Below are positions 29,203-39,091 of a stretch of 60,702 nt of DNA, one piece after another (position 1 is the stretch's first letter; the number at the start of each line of letters is the position of its first letter). The notes beneath the pieces are model-generated. The model did no database searches. It saw only the letters and a list, made by a program, of their open reading frames with translations, and was not told the origin of the DNA. Source of the stretch: Gemmatimonadaceae bacterium (GTDB taxonomy: Bacteria; Gemmatimonadota; Gemmatimonadetes; Gemmatimonadales; Gemmatimonadaceae); contig DASZZU010000060.1 of the NCBI GenBank assembly GCA_035544855.1, positions 1 to 60,702 of the forward strand, given 5' to 3'. The position numbers and the translations under genes were made by a program.

Positions 29203-29843
29203 TCAAGTACAAGGGCTCGGAGTTGGTCAAAATTCTCGATTACGTAATCCGCGCGCTCAACGACAGCATCGCGTTTCATGAAGCCGGTGAACGCGGCGAA
29301 GCTGTCTACGACCGGCCTGATCTCGCAGTCCGTCATTCCATCTCCAACTGCTAATACCGGACCCTCCAAGGCCATTTTCTTTACCGTCGCTCGCTTTCCG
29401 TTCTGGCGTGTCAGTAGAGAGCGCTCGTCGAATCCAGTGTATTCGCCGTCGCTGCCGAAGAACACAGAAACAGCGTGAACACGTTCTTCACGGACTCCAA
29501 GCTCTTTGGCAAGAGGTAGAATGGCCTCACGCAATCCGCCGCTGACCATTACAAGCTCGACTTCGTGCTCACGAAGCTCCGCGAGCGCTTCTCGCGCGCG
29601 TGCTGCCACGCGATCGATGTAGACAGCGCCCAGTTCCTGGATCTCGGACAGAGTCGGCTTCACTACGCCCATCCTCTCTCCGTAAACTGCTTCGATCGGA
29701 ATGATTCCCTCCATGGCCCGCGCGGTCAGAGCGGCGCTCCATGCTTCGATTTCAGCGCCGCGTAGCGATGCGAGCCAATCAATTCCTTCCACACCGCTCA
29801 AGGTTGAATCCACATCCAGGACAACTGATTTGAATCGGGTCAC
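29199..29843 (-). CDS. serB: HAD-family phosphoserine phosphatase-like protein
   Basis: DVDSTL, AMEG, VSGG, VGDGMTD; shares an operon with serA. Confidence 0.8.
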   Translation of the reverse strand: MTRFKSVVLDVDSTLSGVEGIDWLASLRGAEIEAWSAALTARAMEGIIPIEAVYGERMGVVKPTLSEIQELGAVYIDRVAARAREALAELREHEVELVMVSGGLREAILPLAKELGVREERVHAVSVFFGSDGEYTGFDERSLLTRQNGKRATVKKMALEGPVLAVGDGMTDCEIRPVVDSFAAFTGFMKRDAVVERADYVIENFDQLRALVLE

Positions 29844-31207
29844 AGGATGTTGCCAGGCGCCAGAATGCCCAGTGGGTCGAGATCACGCTTTACCGCTGTC
29901 ATCATCGATATCTGGAGTGGATTCATCTGCAGCGGGAGCCATCGACGCTTGATCTTGCCTATGCCGTGCTCCGCCGCGACCGTACCGCCGAGTGACAGAA
30001 TGTGCCTCAGGGTTTGCTCAACCACCTCTTCTATAGTAGTAAGCTCCCGCGCGTCACGGGCGATGAAATTTTGGTGAGGGTGACCATTACCTGCGTGTCC
30101 GTAAATGACTGGCGCTTCGAGTCCCCGATCTGTTGCAAGTGACCGAGCGGTCTGAATTGCCTGTTCCAGCTTTCGGTAAGGAACCGCCCAATCAGTGCCG
30201 ACCTTTCTGCCTCCTGCATCCCGATGTCTTCCTCCTTTCTCGTTCATCGTGGCAGGAATGCTGTGACGAATCCTTCGCGCTTCTCTCAGCCTTGCCTCGC
30301 CATCGAATACAAGTGGCTCAAAGTCCAGAGCGATCGACTCTATCAGCTCGAGCCATCGAGCGAGACTCGCGTCGAGATCATCATTGATCTCCTCCTCGAC
30401 GTACACCATTGCTCCCGCGTCTTGCGCTATGGCCGCCTTCGGAGCACTGTGTCGGGCAATCTTCAGCGCCTGTTCGTCAAAGTATTCGATGCATCGCGGG
30501 GCGACCGATGCTGCTTCCCGAGCGGCAATCACGAACTTCAGCGCTTCGCTCTCCTCCTTGAACAGCGTTGCGAGTCCGACTACACGCTGGGGTAGAGGAA
30601 GCAGGCCGAGCTCCGCCTCCACGATGATTCCAAGTGTCCCTTCACTCCCGACGAACCAGTCGATCGGATCGTGTGCAAACGCGTAGCCGACGGTGTTTTT
30701 CTCGAGGTCCGATCTGCGGAATTCGACCAGTTCACCGCTCGCCATAACTACCTTGAGCGCGCGTACATGCCTTCGAGTCGCGCCGTATTTGAAAGTGCGC
30801 GCTCCCGAAGCGTTGCACGCGATCGCACCACCGATTGTCGACTCTTCTTCACTCGTGGGGTCCGGCGCAAAAAGCAACCCGGCTGCTGCCACGGTTTTCT
30901 TTATGTCAGCGATGATTGCGCCGGGACCAACTCTGACCGTTCTGGACTTGACGTCAAGATCGCTGATCTGATTCAAGGATCGAAGGGAGAGCAGCATTCC
31001 CTTGTCAGTGATCGACGCGCCGGTGGTGCTGGTCTGTGCGCCGGCGGAAGTCACAGGAGTTCGCTCGGCGGCGGCACTTTTTACGAGTTCGAGTACGTCG
31101 TCGATCGTCTCAGGCCGCGCCACCAGGTCGGGGATCAGATGAAGGCCGGACGAATCAGCTTCGTATGCCTGCCGTACGCCTCGGTCGCTGCTTACGTCCG
31201 TGCTCAC
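29840..31207 (-). CDS. FAD-binding oxidoreductase (GlcD/D-2-hydroxyglutarate dehydrogenase family)
   Basis: FAPDPTS, IGGAIACNASG, GSEGTLG, GHAGNGHPH, AEHGIG, DPLGILAPG. Confidence 0.9.
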   Translation of the reverse strand: MSTDVSSDRGVRQAYEADSSGLHLIPDLVARPETIDDVLELVKSAAAERTPVTSAGAQTSTTGASITDKGMLLSLRSLNQISDLDVKSRTVRVGPGAIIADIKKTVAAAGLLFAPDPTSEEESTIGGAIACNASGARTFKYGATRRHVRALKVVMASGELVEFRRSDLEKNTVGYAFAHDPIDWFVGSEGTLGIIVEAELGLLPLPQRVVGLATLFKEESEALKFVIAAREAASVAPRCIEYFDEQALKIARHSAPKAAIAQDAGAMVYVEEEINDDLDASLARWLELIESIALDFEPLVFDGEARLREARRIRHSIPATMNEKGGRHRDAGGRKVGTDWAVPYRKLEQAIQTARSLATDRGLEAPVIYGHAGNGHPHQNFIARDARELTTIEEVVEQTLRHILSLGGTVAAEHGIGKIKRRWLPLQMNPLQISMMTAVKRDLDPLGILAPGNIL

Positions 31208-32811
31208 CCTGAATAAAAGCAGACAACGGCAGCAGACAGAACGTCAGGTAGCCGCAGCAGTGACTCCCGGATGGTTTCACTCACGTCTCCGTCGACCGAG
31301 ACGGCAGCCAGCGCCTGACCTCCTTGAGCAAGCCGTGCCTGATGATATTCGGCGATGTTCACGCCCGCTTCACCAAGGAGCGTCCCGACTCGCCCGATCA
31401 CGCCGGGTACGTCGTTATTCGTAAGAATCAACAACGTATCCCTCGGTTGGATGTCTACGTGGAACGCGCCAATCCGGGTCAGTCTCGGAGCGGCACCAGG
31501 CTGTGCGGTGCCCGCGACTGCGATTTCCTGCATTCCCCCACTTAGCCGCACTTCAATTCCATGAGGATTATCCTGAGCGGGGGTCTCCGTGGTCGATAGT
31601 TCGATACCGCGTGTTTCTGCCACAGCGCGGGCGTTGATAAGATTGAGACGCTCCTGTTCTACGGTTCCCTCGAGAACACCGCGCGCAGCCGCCGCTACTA
31701 GCGCACTTCTCGCTGCGACCAACGCGGATCCGGCGCGGACATCTACGCGTTGAACCGCCCGCATTCCCTGGGTTGCGAGAATTGCTCTGCCGACGGCCGC
31801 AGCCCTCCGAGCGAGCGTAAGCGCCGGCTCGACCTCAGCCCACTGTCCGCCCACATCAGCGACGTTGATGGAGCGGGAAAGCTCTCCGCTCAGCAATGCA
31901 TCACGCACAGCTACGCACACATCCACTGCGACATTGCGCTGCGCCTCTGAAGTCGACGCGCCAATGTGCGGAGTGAGCACAACGTCTGGCCGCTTCCGGA
32001 GCGGATGATCTACTGCCAAAGGCTCCTTCTCGTAGGCATCGATTACCGCTCCAAGGAGATGTTTGCTTTCGAGCGCCTCCACGAGCGCCTCTTCGTCAAT
32101 AATCCCTCCTCGAGCCATGTTGACCACTATTGATCTCTGCGGAAGCCTTCCGAGCTCGCGGCGTCCGATCATGCCGGTGGTCTCGTCGGTAAGAGGCGTG
32201 TGCAGGGTGAGCACGTTTGATTGCTCGAGCAGGGAGTCAAGTGAGGTCGCTTCCTGAACTCGCAGTGCCTCAAAGCGTGTCCGAGCGATGTACGGATCGT
32301 ACGCGAAAACATTCATTCCGAACGCCCTCGCTCTGGTTGCGATCTCCCCACCTATCCGCCCCAAGCCGACAATTCCGAGCGCTTTGCCCTTGAGCTCGGA
32401 GCCTAGCAGGGCCGATCTCTCCCATCTTCCCGCGTGCATCGAGCTGTCAGCGCGCGGTATGTGCCGGAGAAGCGAGATCACTGTGCCGAAGAACAGCTCT
32501 GCAACCGCGATGGTGTTTCCCGCCGGGGCGTTGATCACTGCCACTCCGAGCGATGTCGCCGTATCGAGCGCAATGTTGTCCACGCCGACACCAGCGCGAC
32601 CAACCACCTTCAGGCGGCGGCCTTTCTCGAGTAGGTCCGCCGAGATACGCGTAGCGCTCCGACCCACGATCGCGTCGTAGTCAGCAATCCGGGCGAGAAG
32701 CTCGTCTTTGGAGAGTGTCGGCACCTCGTCGACGACGAGCTCAGGCTCGGCCGAAAGAAGTGCGACACCTTCGGCATCGATCTCATCGGTGACGAGAACG
32801 CGGTAGGTCAC
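31204..32811 (-). CDS. serA: D-3-phosphoglycerate dehydrogenase (with ASB and ACT domains)
   Basis: GRAGVGVDNI, GLGRIG, NMARG, TPHIGAST, C-terminal NNDVPGVIG ACT domain. Confidence 0.95.
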   Translation of the reverse strand: MTYRVLVTDEIDAEGVALLSAEPELVVDEVPTLSKDELLARIADYDAIVGRSATRISADLLEKGRRLKVVGRAGVGVDNIALDTATSLGVAVINAPAGNTIAVAELFFGTVISLLRHIPRADSSMHAGRWERSALLGSELKGKALGIVGLGRIGGEIATRARAFGMNVFAYDPYIARTRFEALRVQEATSLDSLLEQSNVLTLHTPLTDETTGMIGRRELGRLPQRSIVVNMARGGIIDEEALVEALESKHLLGAVIDAYEKEPLAVDHPLRKRPDVVLTPHIGASTSEAQRNVAVDVCVAVRDALLSGELSRSINVADVGGQWAEVEPALTLARRAAAVGRAILATQGMRAVQRVDVRAGSALVAARSALVAAAARGVLEGTVEQERLNLINARAVAETRGIELSTTETPAQDNPHGIEVRLSGGMQEIAVAGTAQPGAAPRLTRIGAFHVDIQPRDTLLILTNNDVPGVIGRVGTLLGEAGVNIAEYHQARLAQGGQALAAVSVDGDVSETIRESLLRLPDVLSAAVVCFYSG

Positions 32812-32895
32812 TGTTCCTGAGCCGGTTTTGAGCGGGAAGGGAGGAAGCTCAATATCGCTTGACCGAGCTTAGCGCCACAAGCGAGCAGGAAACCT

Positions 32896-33243
32896 CTATC
32901 GGTCCATCCAGCTCTTCCAGGTACCTTCGTCCGCTCCGACCGCGAGCTGGTTGGCATTTCGTACCAGGGGAATTCTCAACAGCAGCGGCTCCTCGGAGAG
33001 CTTCTGGAGCCAACGATCGTCCGAAAGTTGCGCATAGCGAAGTCCGAGCTCGGCAAATCGTTTGGAATTCTTGTCAACAAGCGACATTACGCCAAATTTC
33101 TGCGCGAATCTCCGCAACTCCCCGAGAGAGGCGGGTTTCTCCATTAGATCGACGAAATAAGTCTTGATTCTCCGTTCCGAGAAAAAGCGAAGAGCTTTAC
33201 GGGTGTCTGCGCTTTTTCTGATACCAAAGATCTGTACTTCCAA
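32896..33243 (-). CDS. ArsC/Spx-family protein, Cys-free
   Basis: QIFG...TRKALRFF, PLLLRIPLVR, VG; TTG start with GAGGGG upstream. Confidence 0.8.
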   Translation of the reverse strand: MEVQIFGIRKSADTRKALRFFSERRIKTYFVDLMEKPASLGELRRFAQKFGVMSLVDKNSKRFAELGLRYAQLSDDRWLQKLSEEPLLLRIPLVRNANQLAVGADEGTWKSWMDR

Positions 33244-33311
33244 GACTGTCCCCTCGGTGCCTTCCCAGGAATGAGCTCGCCGGCACCCTCAAATTCCCAC
33301 GCTCTCAATTA

Positions 33312-34328
33312 ATGGCGCGTGACATAATCTATTCGCCTGCCTGGTGGATTCCGGGCGGTCATCTGCAAACTCTGTGGGGAAAGATTTTCCGGCGACAAAC
33401 GCCGGCGTCGACAATCCTGGAGCGTTGGGATACGCCCGACGGTGATTTTCTGGAGATTCATCGACTGGCCGCGGAGCGCGATGCTCCGCGAGCGTTGTTG
33501 CTCCACGGACTCGAAGGCACTGTGCGTTCTCACTACGCACAAGGTCTGCTCAACGAGGCGGCCAAAAGAGGATGGGGAGCTGACCTTCTCATCTTCCGCT
33601 CCTGCGGCTCAGAGCTGAATCGCACTCGACGGTTCTATCACTCCGGTGAGACCAGTGATCTTGCGTTCGTCCTCGACAAAGTGTTGGAAGAGTTTCCAGC
33701 ATCCCCGCTCGCGCTCGCAGGCGTGTCGCTGGGTGGAAATGTCTTGCTGAAATTTCTCGGGGAGCGGGGTGAGAACCTTCCTCCCCAGATCAAAGGTGCT
33801 GCCGCGATTTCAGTCCCTTTTGATCTTGCGCGTTCGTCCAGGCGGATCAATCGCGGATTCTCGAAGTTTTATCAGCGATTCTTCCTGAATTCGCTTCGGA
33901 AAAAGGCCCAGGAAAAAGCACGACGCTTTCCCGACCTTGCTTCTGAGGACGGGATAGCTGCTCTCCGGACTCTGGAGGATTTTGACAATCTGATCACGGG
34001 TCCCTTGCATGGATTTCGGGATGCCCAGGATTACTACGCTCGTTCCAGCTCATTACCCTATCTGAAAAATATTAAGCTCAAAACGCTATTATTTAGTGCG
34101 CTGGACGACCCTATGCTGCCCGCTGAAGTCCTCGATGAAGTTCGCGAAGCGGCCAGCCACAACCCCGCTCTCGAGGTCGACTTCGTTGAAAAAGGTGGTC
34201 ACGCCGGGTTTATCACTGGCTCGGTGCCATGGCGGCCGTTTTATTATGCGGAGCACCGGATTGGGGAATTCTTCGCTCAGCAGTTTGATCTGAGTCCGGC
34301 GCTCGAGACTTTGACCAAGCAATGGTGA
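33312..34328 (+). CDS. YheT-like alpha/beta hydrolase
   Basis: GHLQT, LHGLEG, FYHSG, GVSLGGN, DDP, GGHAGF. Confidence 0.9.
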   Translation: MARDIIYSPAWWIPGGHLQTLWGKIFRRQTPASTILERWDTPDGDFLEIHRLAAERDAPRALLLHGLEGTVRSHYAQGLLNEAAKRGWGADLLIFRSCGSELNRTRRFYHSGETSDLAFVLDKVLEEFPASPLALAGVSLGGNVLLKFLGERGENLPPQIKGAAAISVPFDLARSSRRINRGFSKFYQRFFLNSLRKKAQEKARRFPDLASEDGIAALRTLEDFDNLITGPLHGFRDAQDYYARSSSLPYLKNIKLKTLLFSALDDPMLPAEVLDEVREAASHNPALEVDFVEKGGHAGFITGSVPWRPFYYAEHRIGEFFAQQFDLSPALETLTKQW

Positions 34329-34335
34329 GGAAGAC

Positions 34336-35250
34336 ATGAGCATTCGAAATCACGGGGTGAGAAGTTGGGTGACGTTTTCACTCGCAAGCCTGGCGTGTAC
34401 CAGCAACAAGATCGTACCGACAGCTGATTCACATTCGGGTGCCGGCCACGCCGCGCCAGCTACGTTTACGGCAATCGCGGCCGCTACTCAAACGCAGGGG
34501 CTGCCACCTGATGCTGCAGGAGCGCTCGCTCGCCTCGGCAGCTCACCACGACATGGGGAATGGGTGACTATTCGCACCGGGGGCGGAGACAGCCTGCGAG
34601 CATGGGTTGTTTACCCGGAGAGAGGCACGAAAGCACCCGTGATCCTGGTCGTGCACGAGGTGTACGGAATGTCTGCCTGGGTCCGGAGCGTGACGGACCA
34701 GCTGGCCGCCGATGGCTTTATCGCGATCGCACCGGATCTCCTTACGATGAAGAATCTTCCGGACGCGCCGGACAGTGTTCTCGCTCCTCTCGCGATCGCG
34801 GCTGTGAGGACGCTCGATCCGGCCTGGGTCCAGCGACAACTCGACGCTGTCGCGCAATATGGGTTGTCATTACCCGCTGCCCAGAAAAAGTACGGCATCG
34901 TCGGCTTCTGCTGGGGTGGAGGGGTCTCATTCGCGCATGCCGTCCATGCTCCATCTCTTGGTGCCTCCGTGGTTTACTACGGAACATCCCCGACGACAGC
35001 CAGCCTTGAATCGGTTCGTGCTCCGGTCCTTGGATTGTATGGCGGAAGTGATGCCCGCGTAGATGCCACTATCCCGCCTGCAGACTCGGCTCTTCGAGCT
35101 CTCGGTAGGACGTACGAGCACACCATCTACCCGGGCGCCGGACACGGATTTCTGAGACAACAGACGGGGATGGATGGGGCCAACCTTGCGGCCGCACAAG
35201 CGGCCTGGCCAGCAACTGTAGCGTGGTTCAGAAAATACTTGGAATCGTAA
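34336..35250 (+). CDS. Dienelactone hydrolase family protein (probable lipoprotein)
   Basis: HEVYG, APDL, GFCWGG, YYG, AGHGF; SLAC lipobox-like. Confidence 0.9.
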   Translation: MSIRNHGVRSWVTFSLASLACTSNKIVPTADSHSGAGHAAPATFTAIAAATQTQGLPPDAAGALARLGSSPRHGEWVTIRTGGGDSLRAWVVYPERGTKAPVILVVHEVYGMSAWVRSVTDQLAADGFIAIAPDLLTMKNLPDAPDSVLAPLAIAAVRTLDPAWVQRQLDAVAQYGLSLPAAQKKYGIVGFCWGGGVSFAHAVHAPSLGASVVYYGTSPTTASLESVRAPVLGLYGGSDARVDATIPPADSALRALGRTYEHTIYPGAGHGFLRQQTGMDGANLAAAQAAWPATVAWFRKYLES

Positions 35251-35292
35251 CGTCACTAACGTGAGATCGAATTCGCATATGTCCTCGAGCTA

Positions 35293-35829
35293 GTGACGAT
35301 CCTCCGTATTGGTTTTCTCGCGGCGCTAATAGGTGGGTTGTTGCTGGCGGTGTTCGCTATGCTGCACGGCGTGGAATACGCGCGCAGAAATCGCTCGCGA
35401 GCACCTTCTCCGTTCATCAATCTGCCGGCGATCGCTGCGTTCGCTGTAGGTTTTGGAGCGGTTGGCTACCCCCTCGTGTCCCGCACCCGACTGCCCCCGT
35501 GGGCAATCCTTCTGATCGCCATGGGGGGCGGCGCACTCGCGATCAGCGGAATGATCACACTCCTCGCGCGATGGGCATTACGCGATGTAGCCGGTCCTTC
35601 CTCCGCGGAGGGTGGTGAGATCCAGGGCCAGCCCGCGATGGTCACGCAGGAGATTGCGCTCGCTGGTGCCGGTGAAATCTCCTACGAGCACCTGGGCAGA
35701 CAACTCCGAATTCCCGCCCGCGCGTTGAGCGAGAAAGCGTTGTCCGTCGGTGCGGAGGTCGTGATCGACAGAATCGAGGACGGCATTGCCTTTGTCGAGG
35801 AGTGGGCCGTCGTCGAACAACGCCTCTAG
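35293..35829 (+). CDS. NfeD-like membrane protein
   Basis: Three TM helices plus C-terminal OB-type segment (IQG...GEI...GAEVVIDRIEDGIAFV). Confidence 0.75.
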   Translation: MTILRIGFLAALIGGLLLAVFAMLHGVEYARRNRSRAPSPFINLPAIAAFAVGFGAVGYPLVSRTRLPPWAILLIAMGGGALAISGMITLLARWALRDVAGPSSAEGGEIQGQPAMVTQEIALAGAGEISYEHLGRQLRIPARALSEKALSVGAEVVIDRIEDGIAFVEEWAVVEQRL

Positions 35830-36125
35830 CTTCGCCCGGTCTTTGCGCCCCGCGCATAGAGCGTCAGCCACTCAGGCCAGTTTCCGCTCAGCTCGAAAAA
35901 GTCGTCGAAATAAACGAGCCCACTTTGCTCGAGATCGTCGATCAACGAGGGCAGGATATCGTCCGACGGCAGCGGGCCCAATACGACCAGACCATCCTCA
36001 ACCCGAAATTCATCGGCGGTAAGATTGTACCGCTCATCAATTGCACTGCGCGTTATTCTGGTATCCTCGAACGCGCTCTGACGGATTAGGACGACCGCAT
36101 GACCATGAGCAAGCTCCAGCGCCAT
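35826..36125 (-). CDS. Hypothetical acidic protein, 99 aa
   Basis: Fills the gap before mnmG; GLVYFDDFFELSGNWPEWL looks conserved. Confidence 0.7.
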   Translation of the reverse strand: MALELAHGHAVVLIRQSAFEDTRITRSAIDERYNLTADEFRVEDGLVVLGPLPSDDILPSLIDDLEQSGLVYFDDFFELSGNWPEWLTLYARGAKTGRS

Positions 36126-36187
36126 GATTTATGTTCGATTAGAGACTAACTACGTCGGGCGTTTGTCGCGATGCTTATCTTTAATGT

Positions 36188-38119
36188 ATGCCCCAGTCGA
36201 AGGATTTCGAGGCTGAATTCGATGTAGTTGTCATCGGGGCTGGTCACGCCGGAACTGAAGCCGCGGTCGCAGCCGCTCGCCTGGGTTCTCGAGTAGGGCT
36301 CATCACGAGCGCGCTCGAGACGATCGGCCAGATGTCGTGCAACCCGGCGATCGGCGGGATTGCAAAGGGAACCGTTGTGCGCGAGGTGGATGCGCTTGGC
36401 GGAATAATGGGAAGAGCTACCGATCTCGCTATGATCCAGTTCCGCATGCTTAATCGGAGCAAGGGTCCGGCGGTATGGGCACCGCGCGCGCAGTGTGATC
36501 GCGGCCTTTACAGGCGCGCGGTAAGATCCCTCCTCGAAGAGCATGGAACCCTGCACACCGTGCAAGGTACCGTCGCGCGGCTTCTGCTTGCCCATGACGA
36601 GGTACATGTACTCGGTGTTGAGACCCTCGAAGGAAGACGCTTTGGTGCACGAGCGGTCGTCATCACTACCGGCACTTTCCTTCACGGACGAATCCACATT
36701 GGCACTGAAACTCGTCTCTCCGGCGGCCGCGCTGGTGAAAGTGCAACTACACATCTCGCCGAACAACTGGAACAGGCGGGACTCACTGTTGCCCGGTTCA
36801 AGACCGGAACTCCGCCCCGTATTGACGGACGCTCTGTTGATTTCTCCCGGTTGGAGCGGCAGGAAAGCGAGATCGCCCAGTTCGACTACTCCTGGTCTCA
36901 TTTCTGGCGCTCGAAGCGTGACAATGGGTCGCGCACAAGGCATCCGCCACAAATGCCGTGCTGGATCACTTACCTCGAGGCAGAGGGTAAGCAAATCATC
37001 AAGGAAAACATCACCACATCCGCGATGTACGGTGGTGCGATCTCTTCGCGCGGCCCGCGATACTGCCCATCCGTAGAAGACAAGATCGTAAAGTTTCCTG
37101 ACGCGGAACGACATCAGATTTTTCTGGAGCCCGAGGGACACGATACTTCCGAGCTCTACGTGAACGGCTTGTCGACTTCTCTCCCCGCTCCTGTGCAGCT
37201 CGAGATTCTGCGGTCTATCCGCGGACTGTCAAATGCCGCAATGAGCCGCGCGGGCTATGCGATCGAATACGATTACTATCCGCCGACCCAGCTCGATCCT
37301 TCACTTCAGGTAAAGGCCATACGCGGGCTTTATTTCGCCGGACAGATCAATGGCACCACCGGCTACGAGGAGGCCGCCGGCCAGGGACTTGTTGCCGGAT
37401 TGAACGCGGCACTTTCGACACAGAGCAGGAAGCCACTCGTTCTTGGCAGAGAGACCTCCTACATAGGAGTTCTTGTTGACGATCTGGTCACGCGCGGGGT
37501 CGACGAGCCGTACAGGCTGTTCACTTCGCGCTCCGAGTTCAGGCTCACAGTGCGTCAGGACAATGCGTTGAGACGCCTAGGCACTATCGGGCACGAGCTT
37601 GATCTCTATTCCGCACCCGAGCAAGACACTATCAGCACGAGGCTGCGCCACGAGGATTCAGCGGTTCGACTCGCGGAAACGACGAGCATACAACCGAACG
37701 AGGCCGCACCGATTCTATCAGCAGTTGGTAGCCCTGATCTCCTGCAGCCCGTCAGAATCGTGGACGTGGCGCGCCGTCAGGATGTTTCGCTTCGGGCTTT
37801 GCTCCATGCAGTTGGAAAGGGTGCCGATCTCGATGATGAGGCGCTCGTCACCGCGGATCTGGAAATCAAGTACGCGGGCTACTTCGAGCGCGAAAGAGCG
37901 CAAGCCGATCGAATGCGTCGCATGGGCGATTTCTCTCTCGATGATGATCTCGAATACGGTGAGATGCGGTCGCTCTCGTTGGAGGCGAGGCAAAAGCTCT
38001 CGAATCTGAGACCGCGGTCGCTCGCTCAGGCTTCGCGAATTCCTGGTGTCAGCCCCAGTGATCTGCAAAACCTCGTTATCGAGATCGAGCGCCGTCGGCG
38101 GCTCGCCACTACGCAATAA
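36188..38119 (+). CDS. mnmG: tRNA U34 5-carboxymethylaminomethyl modification enzyme
   Basis: GAGHAG, MSCNPAIGG, GPRYCPS, AGQINGTTGYEEA, EPYRLFTSR. Confidence 0.98.
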   Translation: MPQSKDFEAEFDVVVIGAGHAGTEAAVAAARLGSRVGLITSALETIGQMSCNPAIGGIAKGTVVREVDALGGIMGRATDLAMIQFRMLNRSKGPAVWAPRAQCDRGLYRRAVRSLLEEHGTLHTVQGTVARLLLAHDEVHVLGVETLEGRRFGARAVVITTGTFLHGRIHIGTETRLSGGRAGESATTHLAEQLEQAGLTVARFKTGTPPRIDGRSVDFSRLERQESEIAQFDYSWSHFWRSKRDNGSRTRHPPQMPCWITYLEAEGKQIIKENITTSAMYGGAISSRGPRYCPSVEDKIVKFPDAERHQIFLEPEGHDTSELYVNGLSTSLPAPVQLEILRSIRGLSNAAMSRAGYAIEYDYYPPTQLDPSLQVKAIRGLYFAGQINGTTGYEEAAGQGLVAGLNAALSTQSRKPLVLGRETSYIGVLVDDLVTRGVDEPYRLFTSRSEFRLTVRQDNALRRLGTIGHELDLYSAPEQDTISTRLRHEDSAVRLAETTSIQPNEAAPILSAVGSPDLLQPVRIVDVARRQDVSLRALLHAVGKGADLDDEALVTADLEIKYAGYFERERAQADRMRRMGDFSLDDDLEYGEMRSLSLEARQKLSNLRPRSLAQASRIPGVSPSDLQNLVIEIERRRRLATTQ

Positions 38120-39005
38120 CTTCCAGCCGAGCTGAGCTCCACTGTATCAGCAGTACAGCGGCAGCAATGAGGATGCCGCCCACAAGCGTGGTGATGGTTA
38201 GCCGATTTCCGAGCACCACCACACCGAGGATTGCGGTAAAGAAGGGCTCGATGGTTGCGATTATTGCAGTCCTCACCGGTCCGAGAACTGACAGACCTTT
38301 TATCAGAGTGGAAAACGCAATCACGGTCGATACCAGTGCAAGCACGAAGATGTTCGACCACACCGGCACGCTTGTAGGCAGATCGAGCTCGCGCGCAAGG
38401 AGCGCGGCAATCACGAAGGTAACCGCTGCTCCCACGACTAGTAGAAACGTGGAGACCAAAGCCGGCATACCTTGCTGAAGGTGCTCGAGTGATGGCAGGT
38501 ATGCCGAGTAGAGCAGCGCGGAGGCGAGAGCCAGTATGACTCCGATAGGGTTCAGCTTGTCGGTAGAGGGCGCCCCTACCATTACCGTGACACCGACCAG
38601 GGCCAGAGTCAGCGCGATTGCGCGCATTGACGTCAATTTTTCGGTTCGTCGCATCGCAGCAAGCAATGCGACCCACGCGGGATAGGTATAAAATAGGAAA
38701 GCGAGCGGACCAACAGGTATGTATTCGAGTGCGTGCAGGCTGAGATATGTGATTAGCGCCTGGCCGAACCCGCCGATTAACAGAAGCTGCACGAGACGTT
38801 GCTTCGGTACCGATCCGAGTTGCTTGATGCCAACGATCCCAAGAAGCAGAGCCGCACCTAGCACGTAACGCCACGCCATTGCCGTGAGGAGTGGAACTCC
38901 GGCCCTTGTAACGAGAACAGTGAGCACGGAGATCGACCCAAAGCTCAGCGCGGACACCACGATCAACAGTGTCGCGCGACCTATTGAGGTGCCCGAGGAT
39001 TCCAT
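38109..39005 (-). CDS. DMT (EamA) family transporter
   Basis: About 10 TM helices, YTYP, IEPFF. ATG 39005 is preceded by TACATT-6 nt. Confidence 0.9.
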   Translation of the reverse strand: MESSGTSIGRATLLIVVSALSFGSISVLTVLVTRAGVPLLTAMAWRYVLGAALLLGIVGIKQLGSVPKQRLVQLLLIGGFGQALITYLSLHALEYIPVGPLAFLFYTYPAWVALLAAMRRTEKLTSMRAIALTLALVGVTVMVGAPSTDKLNPIGVILALASALLYSAYLPSLEHLQQGMPALVSTFLLVVGAAVTFVIAALLARELDLPTSVPVWSNIFVLALVSTVIAFSTLIKGLSVLGPVRTAIIATIEPFFTAILGVVVLGNRLTITTLVGGILIAAAVLLIQWSSARLEVIA

Positions 39006-39091
39006 CGCAGCAATGTAGCGTTGGCTAACAATCGTGGCCATTTTTCCGAGGCAATGCCCTCAACGCAAGCATTCTTCAGGACAGATCTCGC

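Noticed and set aside
36146-37141. Long antisense ORFs (also 38026-38874, 25469-26113, 11996-12703, 40554-41279, 20927-21655)
   Set aside because: These shadow well-supported genes and are expected at high GC. Their translations show no recognisable motifs.
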